A DNA stretch of 64,000 nt from Dehalococcoidia bacterium (GTDB lineage Bacteria > Chloroflexota > Dehalococcoidia > Bin125). The notes below the pieces were generated by a model, which did not search any database, was not told the origin of the DNA, and saw nothing but the letters and a program-made list of their open reading frames with translations. The stretch's first letter is position 1, and every line of letters starts with the position of its first letter. Positions 31,271 through 40,067 of the stretch are shown here, piece by piece. The stretch lies in assembly GCA_965221705.1 (NCBI GenBank), contig OZ244908.1, positions 283,064 through 347,063 of the forward strand. Direction: 5' to 3'. Both the position numbers and the translations under genes were made by a program.

Positions 31271-32533
31271 ATGACCCAGATCGAGGTCGGGTTCGACAGG
31301 AGCACGCCGATGGACGCTGAGGCAGCGCAGCAGTTGATCGAACAGGTTCGCGAGCTGGCTCGCGGACCGTTTCGCGACAGCGCCGAAGAGGCCGACCGTT
31401 CGGGTCAACTCGTACGAGAGCACTTCGACGCGCTGGCCGAGTTGGGCGTATCGGGCTTAGTCATTCCCGAGGCTTTCGGCGGGCTCGAGGCCGACGGCGA
31501 GACCTACCTGCGCGTGGTCGAAGAGATCGCCTATGGCGACGCATCGATTGCGGTCGCGCTCAACATGCATTTGCTGGTCATCTCGATCGCGAGCGCGCTG
31601 CCGCCCTATCCGCGCCGCGACGAGGTGTTGCGCGCTTGCGCCGAGGGCGCCTGGTGCTGCGCGCCGGGCAGTATTCCTTCGCGAGAGCTGAGCAACGCCT
31701 CGACCGGATTCATGGCCGAAGAGGACGGCGCTGACCTGATCATCTCCGGTCGGGCCGGTTTCGCCTCAGGCGCCGACGCCGCCCGCTTCGCCTTCATCGG
31801 CGCAGGGATCGAGCGACCCGCCGAGCCCGAGCTCGTTATCGCCTTAGCGGAGATGTCGGCGGAACAGATCGAGAATCGCGGCAATTGGGATGGTATGGGT
31901 CTACGCTCGACCGCCTCGCACGATCTCGTCATCGATAACCTGCGCATCCCTCGCGCCGACTGCTTCGTCGTGCCGCTCTCGCTCCTGCGCATGGGCGAGC
32001 AGATGATGCCCCAGGCGCAGTGGCAACGACGGGCAGTGCCCGGACTCGGCATCTGCGCCATCTGGCTCGGAACCATGCAGGCGATCGTCGACGAGACCGT
32101 GGCCTATCTGCAGAAGCGCATCGGCTACCTCGCATCGGCCCGCAATCCGCTCGGCGGCAGTCCCGAGGCGCGCTCGCAGATGCCCTGGGCGCAGATGGCG
32201 CTCGGTCAGATGTACAGCTCGCTCGAGACCGCCCGGATTCAACTCAATCACGCCGTGCGCGAAGTCGAGCGACCGTATCCCGACCGCCAGAGCTTCGTCC
32301 GCATGCAGGTCCAGACCACGCACGCCATGCGCCGCGCGGCGGAGGAAGTGGCGATGCTCGCCATCAAGACGACAGGCGCCCACGCCTACGTCAAGGGACA
32401 GCCGCTCGAGCGGCTCTACCGGGACCTCACCGGCGGCATCGTCATGGCCTGGAAGACCGATGAGCTGCAGCACAGCCTCGGCCTCGCCGCCTTGGGCGAG
32501 GAGATCACGATCGTCGGCCCGGCCGGCACCTGA
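31271..32533 (+). CDS. Acyl-CoA dehydrogenase family protein
   Basis: ACAD three-domain layout with a C-terminal YRD…GG region (RLYRDLTGGIV). Confidence 0.7.
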   Translation: MTQIEVGFDRSTPMDAEAAQQLIEQVRELARGPFRDSAEEADRSGQLVREHFDALAELGVSGLVIPEAFGGLEADGETYLRVVEEIAYGDASIAVALNMHLLVISIASALPPYPRRDEVLRACAEGAWCCAPGSIPSRELSNASTGFMAEEDGADLIISGRAGFASGADAARFAFIGAGIERPAEPELVIALAEMSAEQIENRGNWDGMGLRSTASHDLVIDNLRIPRADCFVVPLSLLRMGEQMMPQAQWQRRAVPGLGICAIWLGTMQAIVDETVAYLQKRIGYLASARNPLGGSPEARSQMPWAQMALGQMYSSLETARIQLNHAVREVERPYPDRQSFVRMQVQTTHAMRRAAEEVAMLAIKTTGAHAYVKGQPLERLYRDLTGGIVMAWKTDELQHSLGLAALGEEITIVGPAGT

Positions 32534-32551
32534 GCCCACGCCGTCGAACGC

Positions 32552-32962
32552 CTAACGACGCTCGAACGGATTGAGCCACTCGACTCCCAACTGCTTGAAA
32601 TCCTTCACGTTGCGCGTCACGACCGTCAGCTCGCGCACCTGCGCAATCGCCGCGATCATACCGTCGTACGCCAAGCGATTCGGTTGACCATGAATCAACC
32701 GAGCCCACTCCCGCGCCGCCGCCGCGTCGAACGGCAGCACGCGGAAGTCGTCCGACACGAAGTCGTCGAGCCAGGTCTGCAGTTCACTCGCCTTGGATGG
32801 GTCCGACGGTCGTTTCTGTTCGATTCCCCGCTGTATCTCGGCAATCGTGATGGCGCTCACGTTCAGCCGGTTGGAGGGCTGATAGCTCAGCCAAGCGACG
32901 ACGCGTGGTTCAGGATGCTGTTTGCGTAGCTCGGAAACGACGTTCGTGTCGAGCAGATACAT
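32552..32962 (-). CDS. vapC: Type II toxin-antitoxin system VapC-family toxin (PIN domain)
   Basis: MYLLDTNVVSE…, D…T.N.KDF PIN acidic residues. It lies 6 nt downstream of the antitoxin gene. Confidence 0.85.
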   Translation of the reverse strand: MYLLDTNVVSELRKQHPEPRVVAWLSYQPSNRLNVSAITIAEIQRGIEQKRPSDPSKASELQTWLDDFVSDDFRVLPFDAAAAREWARLIHGQPNRLAYDGMIAAIAQVRELTVVTRNVKDFKQLGVEWLNPFERR

Positions 32963-32968
32963 CGGCCG

Positions 32969-33229
32969 CTACTCGAAGTCAGGTGCTGGCGGCAGCGTCA
33001 ACTCGATCGGTCTGGGAGTCAGCTCGTCCGTCCGCGCTTCATCCGCGAGCAGCCAGTCAACAATGTCGGTGTATCCCGGCCCCCGCAACTGGAGCCATTC
33101 GTCGAGCGGCACGACCACGGCCACTTCCTCGCCGCGACGCGAGACCACCTGCGGCCCGTCGTTCAACGTCGCATCGAGCAGCGCGCTAAACCGCGCTTTC
33201 GCTTCCTGAACCTGCCAGATCTTCGTCAC
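32969..33229 (-). CDS. vapB: Phd/YefM-family antitoxin (VapB)
   Basis: WQVQEAKARFSALLDA…GPQVVSRRGEEVAVVVPLDEW Phd/YefM pattern. 86 aa. Sits upstream of vapC. Confidence 0.8.
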   Translation of the reverse strand: MTKIWQVQEAKARFSALLDATLNDGPQVVSRRGEEVAVVVPLDEWLQLRGPGYTDIVDWLLADEARTDELTPRPIELTLPPAPDFE

Positions 33230-33261
33230 GTCACACCTCCTGCCTCAACCGCATCGTACCA

Positions 33262-33279
33262 ACTAGTCATCTGACTAGT
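33262..33279. promoter_or_regulatory. Perfect palindrome ACTAGTCA-tc-TGACTAGT, 30-50 bp upstream of vapB. Candidate TA autoregulatory operator.
   Basis: An 8-bp inverted repeat with a 2-bp spacer, in the AT-richer leader of the vapBC operon. Confidence 0.45.
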
Positions 33280-33411
33280 CAACAGACTATCAGCCCATGA
33301 TCCCTCACGTTTCCTATCGACCCGCACGCTCGTGTGCGGTCAGTTGCCCCTCTGACACTGGTAGCATGCCTTCTGACCCGCGACGCTTCGATGACCTCTG
33401 AAAGGCCGCAC

Positions 33412-34548
33412 ATGGCTTCCCCGCTCAAGACTGAACTCTGCGACATGCTCGGCATTGAGTACCCCGTGATCCTCGCCGGCATGGGCGGCGCGGCCGGCCC
33501 GACGCTCGCCGCGGCCGTCTCCGAGGCCGGCGGACTCGGCGTCGTCGGCGCGACCGGCTATACGCCCGACGAGCTGCACGGCATGATCGCCAAGGTTCGC
33601 TCGCTCACCGACAAGCCCTTCGGCGTCGACCTGTTGCTGCCCTCATCGATCGCCGACTCCGGCAACCGCGAAGACCTCGAACTCGAGATCTCGGCCGAGC
33701 ATCATCACTACGTCGACCAGCTCAAGCGAGAGTTCGAAATCCCCGATCCCTCAGCGCCGCTCGAGCGTCCACCGCTGACTCAGGATTACTTCCGCCAGCA
33801 GGTCGAGGTGATTCTCGACGAGCGCGTGCCCGTCTTCGCCTCCGGTCTCGGCAACCCCGGCTGGATGGTCGACGACGCGCACGCCCAGGGCATGAAGGTG
33901 ATCGGCCTGGTCGGCAACACACGCAACGCGCGCCGCGTCGCCGCCGCCAACGTCGACGCCGTCGTCGCCCAGGGCACCGAGGCGGGCGGACACACCGGCC
34001 GCATCGGCACGCTCGCGCTCGTCCCCCAGGTCGTCGACGCGATCTCGCCGACCAAGACGATCGCCGCTGGCGGGATCATGGATGGACGCGGCCTGATGGC
34101 GGCGCTCTCATTGGGCGCCGAGGCGATCTGGTGCGGCACCGCATTCCTCGCCACCTGGGAGGCCTACCAGGACTCCGAGGAACGCGGCGAGACCGACGAG
34201 TGGACGCGCAAGGTCCAATGGGACAAGCTCGTCGCCGCCGTCGATGAAGACACGCGCATCGGCCGCATGTACTCAGGCAAGACCATGCGTCACATGTACA
34301 ACGCCTGGACCGAGGCCTGGGAGCGTCCCGAAGCGCCGCCCACGCTGCCGATGCCGCTGCAGGGCCTGCTCGTCGGCGAAGCGCTGCGCGGCGCGCGCGA
34401 GGCGCACATCGAAGAGCTGATCGGCGGCCCCGCCGGCAACGGCGCCGGCCTGATCAAAGCGATCCGCCCCGCAACAGAGGTCGTCAACCAGATGGTCAGT
34501 CAGGCCGAAGAACTGGTAGAACGCTGGGGCGCCCCCGTCCGCGCCTAG
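33412..34548 (+). CDS. Nitronate monooxygenase / NMO-family FMN oxidoreductase
   Basis: ILAGMGG…, AGGI…, GT.FL pattern of the 2-nitropropane dioxygenase family. The C-terminal extension is longer than typical. Confidence 0.75.
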   Translation: MASPLKTELCDMLGIEYPVILAGMGGAAGPTLAAAVSEAGGLGVVGATGYTPDELHGMIAKVRSLTDKPFGVDLLLPSSIADSGNREDLELEISAEHHHYVDQLKREFEIPDPSAPLERPPLTQDYFRQQVEVILDERVPVFASGLGNPGWMVDDAHAQGMKVIGLVGNTRNARRVAAANVDAVVAQGTEAGGHTGRIGTLALVPQVVDAISPTKTIAAGGIMDGRGLMAALSLGAEAIWCGTAFLATWEAYQDSEERGETDEWTRKVQWDKLVAAVDEDTRIGRMYSGKTMRHMYNAWTEAWERPEAPPTLPMPLQGLLVGEALRGAREAHIEELIGGPAGNGAGLIKAIRPATEVVNQMVSQAEELVERWGAPVRA

Positions 34549-34556
34549 ACGCTCTC

Positions 34557-34600
34557 CAGAGCTCCCCCTCCGGGGGAGCTGTCGCGGAGCGACTGAGGGG
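34557..34600. repeat. Family 2 repeat (ccccctccgggggagctgtcgcggagcgactgagggggc), copy 1
   Basis: Nearly identical 41-bp copy in the same orientation at 35727-35768. Nested hairpins (gtcgc-gga-gcgac inside ccccctc…gaggggg). Confidence 0.75.
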
Positions 34601-34728
34601 GCTTCCAGGCCTTGCAGCGTGAGGCTGCCCCCCCCCGCCCCTGCGGGCCGCCTCCCCGGAGGCGAGGTCTTGTCCCTATCCCCCGTTCCCTGCAGGGAGC
34701 AAGCGGGAGGGACCCTCTGATCCCCTCT

Positions 34729-34770
34729 CCCCCGCGGGGAGAGGGCTAGGGCGGAGGGCGCCCCCCCACC
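34729..34770. repeat. Degenerate family 1 palindromic repeat (gatcccctctcccccgcggggagagggctagggcggaggg)
   Basis: Hairpin cccctctcccc/ggggagaggg. Part of a larger GC-rich composite region at 34550-34790. Confidence 0.6.
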
Positions 34771-34794
34771 CATCTCTCTGACATACTGCACCCA

Positions 34795-35322
34795 ATGAAG
34801 ATCTGCCCCGCTTGCCATCGCGAGACCTTCGATGGCCGCCTCGCCTGCCATCGCTGCGGCGCAGACGTCGCCCGCCAACGGCCGATCGCCTTGCCCAGCC
34901 GCGACGCCGCTACGCTCGTCGGACCGATCCCCTTCAGCGACCGCCAGGGCGACCTCATCCTCGACGTCGACGGCGCCACCTTCCTCCGCGAAGACGGTCG
35001 ACTGTTGCTGCACATCCCCGCGTCGACTGTCGACAGCGTCAAGCCCTCGCGCGGGCGGGACATCGTGATCACGTGGCGACCGCATGGCCGTAATCGCGCT
35101 CGACGCACGCGACTGCGCGTGCGATGGGCGCCACAGGCCGATCGCACTTTGCGCACCGAGTGGATCAGCTCGCACTACGCCCTGCGCCGACCATACGGAC
35201 ACCGCGTTCCAAGCAAACGTAACCGTCAAACTGGCCGCGACTTCACCGTCGTCCGGGACCGTTGGCTGTCAGCGCTGCACATGCTACTCAACGCCGACCG
35301 TTACACCCTCGAACGCGGCTAA
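34795..35322 (+). CDS. Zinc-ribbon domain protein (N-terminal CPAC…CHRC)
   Basis: MKICPACHRE…LACHRCGADV CxxC-x15-CxxC at the N-terminus. An antisense ORF of similar length was considered less likely. Confidence 0.4.
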   Translation: MKICPACHRETFDGRLACHRCGADVARQRPIALPSRDAATLVGPIPFSDRQGDLILDVDGATFLREDGRLLLHIPASTVDSVKPSRGRDIVITWRPHGRNRARRTRLRVRWAPQADRTLRTEWISSHYALRRPYGHRVPSKRNRQTGRDFTVVRDRWLSALHMLLNADRYTLERG

Positions 35323-35360
35323 CTGGGCGAATCGCGGCCGCACATGTGTATCCTGGCGCC

Positions 35361-35666
35361 ATGGCGCTCAGAATCGACAAACTCCGATTTCGCAATCTAC
35401 TGGTCCGCGGCAACGTACTGGACGCGCCTGCGACTGAGTTCGCCGATGCCTTAGACGATACGTTCCGCGAGCAGCTGGAGGGTGTCGCGACTGAGAGATC
35501 CGTAGACGCAGCCGTCAGCCGCGCGGTCGCCGAACTGAAGGCTGACGCGGCAGAGCGAGAGGCGCGAGTCTCTCGACAGCAGCAGCTCATCGTCGGACTC
35601 GTGATGGGCGGCATGCTCACGCTGATTGGTTTCGCCATCGCGATCCTGCTCGCCGTGTTGCTCTAG
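35361..35666 (+). CDS. Small protein with a C-terminal transmembrane helix
   Basis: ATG start 39 bp after the zinc-ribbon gene. The C-terminus is LIVGLVMGGMLTLIGFAIAILLAVLL. Confidence 0.4.
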   Translation: MALRIDKLRFRNLLVRGNVLDAPATEFADALDDTFREQLEGVATERSVDAAVSRAVAELKADAAEREARVSRQQQLIVGLVMGGMLTLIGFAIAILLAVLL

Positions 35667-35726
35667 TCTTCCCGCCTATCCTGCTCCAATCGCTCCCCCA
35701 CCGGGTGAGCTATCGACCTGATCCCA

Positions 35727-35768
35727 AAAGGCCCCCTCCGGGGAGCTGTCACGGAGTGACTGAGGGGG
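35727..35768. repeat. Family 2 repeat, copy 2
   Basis: ccccctccggggagctgtcacggagtgactgagggggc, the direct repeat of 34557-34600. Confidence 0.75.
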
Positions 35769-35794
35769 CGCCCCGACACGAACCTCGACGCGCG

Positions 35795-36388
35795 TCAATC
35801 CACGGACGCTTGTTCAGACTCCCGCCACACCACGTGACCATTGATGTTGTGACGCTCGTACGTCAACAACACGTCCCGAATGAATGCGCAGAGCTGTTGA
35901 TCTCCCGTTTCCGAGGCGACTTCGTACAGACGAATGAACATCTTCTTGCCCGTCTCAGTCTGACCCAGGTTTTTCTTTCGGTTGTTGTGCATGGCGCACA
36001 GCGTTTGACCATTCGAGACGATTGCCCGTCCTCCCTTGTCCTTGGGCTTGATGTGATCGACGTGCAGTTCGACCCCTTCTTCCCTCGATGCGCCACACAC
36101 CACACACTTGTATCCGTCGCGCTGTAAGACCTCCTGGCGGTTCGCAGTGGAGAAGTCCTCAAGCATGCGTGTTACTTCCAGGCCCGGATCATACTGGTAC
36201 ACGCCCTTCGCCAGCTTCTGAAGCTTGCCTTCTTGATGCAACTTACGAATCGCGCGGTCGGGATCTCGAAACACCTTGCCAGTACGACGCTGCCACTCCC
36301 TCGTCGCCCAATCGACAACCTCGGCGTGCGGAATCGGTCGATTCGGCCGATCTCGGTAGTAGCTGAAGATTAGGTCCGACTGGGACAT
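35795..36388 (-). CDS. HNH endonuclease (candidate restriction endonuclease of R-M system 1)
   Basis: HNH motif CVVCG…LHVDHIKPK…N…CAMHN. Its ATG overlaps the stop of the upstream MTase (TGATG). Confidence 0.65.
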   Translation of the reverse strand: MSQSDLIFSYYRDRPNRPIPHAEVVDWATREWQRRTGKVFRDPDRAIRKLHQEGKLQKLAKGVYQYDPGLEVTRMLEDFSTANRQEVLQRDGYKCVVCGASREEGVELHVDHIKPKDKGGRAIVSNGQTLCAMHNNRKKNLGQTETGKKMFIRLYEVASETGDQQLCAFIRDVLLTYERHNINGHVVWRESEQASVD

Positions 36389-37377
36389 CAGAATCGCTGC
36401 ACTTCGGCGTTGATGCGGTCGAGCGCCAGCTCGCGGTACGACTGATCGATCTCGATGCCGTACGCACGGCGTCCATTCCGCAGCGCCGCGACCAGGGTGC
36501 TGCCGCTGCCCGCGAACGGGTCCAGCACCCGGTCGCCTCGATACGAGAACAACCTGATGCAGCGGCGCGGCAGCTCGAGCGGAAACGGCGCCGGATGACC
36601 AATCCGCTTCGCCGACTCTCCGCCGAATGTCCAGATCTGCGACGCCCACTCTCGCGCCGCTTCAGGGTCCAGCCCGTCAAGCCCCGGGCCTCGCGGGCGC
36701 GTCAGCAGCTCCGCAAACGACTCGCGCAGCTCGTCAACGCGCAGCGGCGAGGCGCCGTCGAACGACATCGCCCAAGCCAACAACTGCGTCGGAGCGATCA
36801 GCGGCTCTGGCGGCGTCGCGGTATCGTTCTCGGCCGGTTGATCCTGGTGCTCGCTCCACACCCCCGAGGTCCACTCCATGAACTCGTCGCGCTCGATCGT
36901 GACCCGCTCGTCGCCCAGGTGCTCGCGATTCCACTGCTCCTTGTAGAGCACGACGATCGTCTCGACCGGCGCAATCACGTGCGGCGCCGACGGCCGCATC
37001 CAGCTGCCCCACGCCGTGCGCCGCGAGATGTTGCCCTCGTTCCAGATGATCGTCGCGTGATACCGCCAACCGACCTCGCGCGCGATGTTGGTCAGGTCGG
37101 CCGTCACGGCCTGCTTGCCGCCGCTGTTCTTGTCCAGCGGGATGTTCATGCAGAGCCGACCGCGCGGCGCCGTCCAGCGGAAGCAGTTGGCCAGCCACTT
37201 ACGGCTGAACTCCAGATAGGCCTCGTACGAGCCGGCGTCATCGACGCCGTCGCCGTAGCTCAGGCCGACGTTGTACGGCGGCGACGTGACGGTCAGCTGG
37301 AAGCAGTCGTCGTCGAACAGCGACGGGTCAGTCGCGTCGCCCAGCCGCAGCTGCTCGGGGTTGAAGAGGGCGGTCAC
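36388..37377 (-). CDS. DNA methyltransferase, beta-class N6-adenine/N4-cytosine (motif IV SPPY before motif I)
   Basis: TSPPY (motif IV) near the N-terminus and DPFAGSGST (motif I) near the C-terminus. GTG start at 37377. Confidence 0.8.
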   Translation of the reverse strand: MTALFNPEQLRLGDATDPSLFDDDCFQLTVTSPPYNVGLSYGDGVDDAGSYEAYLEFSRKWLANCFRWTAPRGRLCMNIPLDKNSGGKQAVTADLTNIAREVGWRYHATIIWNEGNISRRTAWGSWMRPSAPHVIAPVETIVVLYKEQWNREHLGDERVTIERDEFMEWTSGVWSEHQDQPAENDTATPPEPLIAPTQLLAWAMSFDGASPLRVDELRESFAELLTRPRGPGLDGLDPEAAREWASQIWTFGGESAKRIGHPAPFPLELPRRCIRLFSYRGDRVLDPFAGSGSTLVAALRNGRRAYGIEIDQSYRELALDRINAEVQRF

Positions 37378-37421
37378 CGCGCCGCCCCTGTGCAGCTTCG
37401 GTCACAACGCCGGACAGATGT

Positions 37422-37443
37422 GGGGGGGGGGGGGGGGGGGGGG
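37422..37443. repeat. Homopolymeric poly-G tract (22 nt) in the divergent region between the MTase-1 start and the PD-(D/E)xK nuclease start
   Basis: G run 37422-37443. About 45 nt upstream of the MTase-1 GTG (as poly-C on that strand) and about 117 nt upstream of the nuclease ATG. Confidence 0.9.
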
Positions 37444-37559
37444 TGACAGATAAGTGTTCGGGCTCACGCCGGCCGGTATAGGCCACCGGTCAGTACCCGG
37501 CAAGCCGGCGTCGACACACCGGGGTTGACAGCGCCGAACCCGGCCTGTATCCGGTTTCT

Positions 37560-38690
37560 ATGCCTCCTTCAAAGCTGCTCGATCAGGCTAAAGAGGATCT
37601 GCTGGTCCAGCTCTATCTGGACTGGGGCGGCGGTTTTCCCGACGACCACATGGCCGACATCATCAAGGAGTTTGTCGCCTCGTTCCCAGATCTCAATGTC
37701 CAGCAGCAGAACTCGCTCTGGGGCCGAGCCTTCCAAAAGCTGATGGAGCTGCTCTTCGAGGACCGGGTGAAGGCGCTCAACGCCGCGCATGGACTCTCGT
37801 TGCGTTGGACACGCGACACCGAGCTAGGTCGGCAGCAACCTGGCGAGCAACTGGAGCGCGTCAAGCGCAACTTGCTCGTCGACTACGGCGAGTACGGTTG
37901 TCACCTGCCCGACGCCGACTTCGTCGTCTACCGCGAGGAGAATCACGCCATTGTCTGCGTCCTCTCCTGCAAGACTTCGCTGCGCGACCGTATGAAGCAG
38001 ACGGCGTACTGGAAACTGAAGCTATTGCAGAGTCCGATCACGACGCACGTTCGTTACTGTCTGCTGACTCTGGATAAAGACGGCGACCTTGTTTCCGACC
38101 AACCGCCGTACAAGAAGAACTACGCAATCGCCAACATCGACTTCGATGCAACGTACGTCCTGCGCGATGACTTAACGCCCAACGATCGCATCAAGGGCTT
38201 TAGCAGCTTCGAAAACGACGTACTGTCATGGTTGGGGGGGGGGGGGGGGGGTGAGCGATCACCTCTCCCGGCAAGCGCTCAGACTTGCCGAACAGTATCA
38301 ACGGGCGCTCGATGCCCGCAAGACGCTCCGAGCGTACAAACGCGGCGCGCACCTCTTCGGCGATCCCGACACCGCCTACGACAACGCGACCAAGGACCTG
38401 GCCGATATCCGCCAACGCATGCGCACGCTGGAGCGCCAGCTCAACGACGCCGCCGGCATCGAGCTCAAGCCGGACATCGAAGCGACCACGTTGTGGGACT
38501 TCCCCACGCAGTCGTACGGTTCGACGCCCAAGGGCGACAGCCGCTATCAGGGCGTGACGCCGGCGTTCATCATCTACAACATGCTGCAGCGCTACACCGA
38601 ACCCGGCGATCTGGTGCTCGATCCGATGTGCGGCTCTGGCACCACGATCGATGTCTGCCGCGAAGAACAGCGTCAAGCAATCGGATATGA
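37560..38690 (+). CDS. Putative type II restriction endonuclease (PD-(D/E)xK-like). The real C-terminus is probably near 38250. The ORF as sequenced has no stop before the poly-G and reads out of frame into the MTase-2 gene.
   Basis: LPDADFVVY…VLSCK candidate PD…(S/E)xK catalytic region. GC is ~58%, below the ~68% background. The ORF continues through a GGGGGG-encoding poly-G into +1-frame nonsense overlapping MTase-2. Confidence 0.45.
   Translation: MPPSKLLDQAKEDLLVQLYLDWGGGFPDDHMADIIKEFVASFPDLNVQQQNSLWGRAFQKLMELLFEDRVKALNAAHGLSLRWTRDTELGRQQPGEQLERVKRNLLVDYGEYGCHLPDADFVVYREENHAIVCVLSCKTSLRDRMKQTAYWKLKLLQSPITTHVRYCLLTLDKDGDLVSDQPPYKKNYAIANIDFDATYVLRDDLTPNDRIKGFSSFENDVLSWLGGGGGGERSPLPASAQTCRTVSTGARCPQDAPSVQTRRAPLRRSRHRLRQRDQGPGRYPPTHAHAGAPAQRRRRHRAQAGHRSDHVVGLPHAVVRFDAQGRQPLSGRDAGVHHLQHAAALHRTRRSGARSDVRLWHHDRCLPRRTASSNRI
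38234..38251. repeat. Homopolymeric poly-G tract (18 nt) at the nuclease/MTase-2 junction
   Basis: G run 38234-38251. The MTase-2 GTG start begins at the last G. One extra G (19) would create a TGA stop for the nuclease gene, overlapping the GTG (GTGA). Confidence 0.9.
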
Positions 38691-39240
38691 CATCAACCCG
38701 GTCCGCGACGACATCGAACAGAATGACGCGCGATCGATTCCGCTCGACGACGCGAGCGTCGACATGGTCTTCATCGACTCGCCCTACGGCGACAACGTTA
38801 ACTACAACGACCAGCCGGCCAACATCGGACGACACTCAGCAGAGCAGCACGAGTTCTACGACGCGCTGCGACTGGTAGCGAGCGAGCTGTTCCGCGTGCT
38901 CAAGACGGGCAAGACGCTCGGCTGGTTGATCGGCGATCAATGGGTCAAGAAACGCTACACGCCAGTCGGGATGCAGATCTACCAGATGCTCGTCGATGAC
39001 ATCGGCTTCATCCCCACCGAATGGGTGATCGTCGCTCGGCGCAATCAGTCGTCGAACACCGGACTCTGGGCATATCGCGCGCGCAAACACAACTTCTACC
39101 TGCGCGGACACAAGCACCTGATCATCGTGCGCAAGCCCGAGCGTCGCGTTGTCGAAGTGGCCTCAGAGCGCGTTGTGCAGGTCGGCGTCGACCAGTTCAC
39201 CCGCGACCCTGCGGCTCGCGATTGGAAGAAGTACAAGTAA
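38251..39240 (+). CDS. DNA methyltransferase (N6-adenine/N4-cytosine). Motif I is LDPMCGSGTT and motif IV DSPYG.
   Basis: FxGxG-type SAM-binding motif followed by DSPY (D/S-PP-Y variant). The roughly 100-aa N-terminal region is helical. Confidence 0.75.
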   Translation: MSDHLSRQALRLAEQYQRALDARKTLRAYKRGAHLFGDPDTAYDNATKDLADIRQRMRTLERQLNDAAGIELKPDIEATTLWDFPTQSYGSTPKGDSRYQGVTPAFIIYNMLQRYTEPGDLVLDPMCGSGTTIDVCREEQRQAIGYDINPVRDDIEQNDARSIPLDDASVDMVFIDSPYGDNVNYNDQPANIGRHSAEQHEFYDALRLVASELFRVLKTGKTLGWLIGDQWVKKRYTPVGMQIYQMLVDDIGFIPTEWVIVARRNQSSNTGLWAYRARKHNFYLRGHKHLIIVRKPERRVVEVASERVVQVGVDQFTRDPAARDWKKYK

Positions 39241-39242
39241 GT

Positions 39243-40067
39243 TTAGCCGCCGGACTCGAGCGCGCCGACGATTTGCATCCTCCCGGTCTCGCCCGCGAGG
39301 TCGTCAACGTAGTGATAGCGCCTGCCAGCCGCCTCTACATAACAGGGCGCTGACATCCGACCCGAGCGATTGACGCGTCGGTCGACGCTGAACGTTGGCC
39401 GCGCCTGGTCCTCGCCCAGCTGCTCCGCGGCCAACGCCGCCGGATGCCCGCCCTCGACGCACCAGCGCGCGAAGTCCCCTGGATACTCGAACCAATCGCC
39501 CCGCGAGGCGTCGGCGAACTCCTGCATCGCTCCGAGTATCGGCCAGAGCGCCGCTGCGTCGAGCGGAACGTCGCTGAGACGCAACGCGACATTGGGCAAG
39601 TGCGCCGCGACCGCGTCGAAGAACTTGTCGGGATCCTCCAACGAAACGGGATCGAGATCAGACCATCGCGGCGCGGCGTCGCCCGCTCGATCGAGCAGCT
39701 CGCGTTCGAGCGCAAAGGCTCGCGCCCGAGCGGCGCGGATCGCGTCGACGCTGGGCGGCGGTTCGTCAGGCGGCGGCTCACGCGTCGCGCGCTGTTCGGC
39801 GAGCTCCGCCTCAAGCTGGGCGATTCGCTCCGCCTGCTCCGGATCGGCGACGACCACCTCTTCAACGACGCGCTCGACCTCCCGTTCAGACTTTGGGCGC
39901 TCAGGCTCGGGCGCGTGAGTCGGACTGGGAGTCGCCGACGTTCGCTCTCCCGATGTCCGCCGTTCAAGCCAGAGCACCGCCGCCACCGCACCGCCGACGA
40001 ACGCCAGCAGTGTCTGCAGCAGCTTCACCGATCGCCTCCGCGCACGCCCTCGAGCCAGGTCAGACAC
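39243..40067 (-). CDS. Hypothetical membrane-anchored protein with a coiled-coil region
   Basis: N-terminal TM (LLQTLLAFVGGAVAAVLWL), an E/R-rich coiled coil, and a conserved-looking C-terminal domain. No assignable family. Confidence 0.4.
   Translation of the reverse strand: MSDLARGRARRRSVKLLQTLLAFVGGAVAAVLWLERRTSGERTSATPSPTHAPEPERPKSEREVERVVEEVVVADPEQAERIAQLEAELAEQRATREPPPDEPPPSVDAIRAARARAFALERELLDRAGDAAPRWSDLDPVSLEDPDKFFDAVAAHLPNVALRLSDVPLDAAALWPILGAMQEFADASRGDWFEYPGDFARWCVEGGHPAALAAEQLGEDQARPTFSVDRRVNRSGRMSAPCYVEAAGRRYHYVDDLAGETGRMQIVGALESGG

Noticed and set aside
37560-38690. Treating the full 376-aa ORF as a nuclease-MTase fusion protein.
   Set aside because: After the poly-G the frame is +1 relative to the MTase and gives an Arg/Pro-rich nonsense sequence. 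The fusion would require a 17-G tract, not the observed 18.
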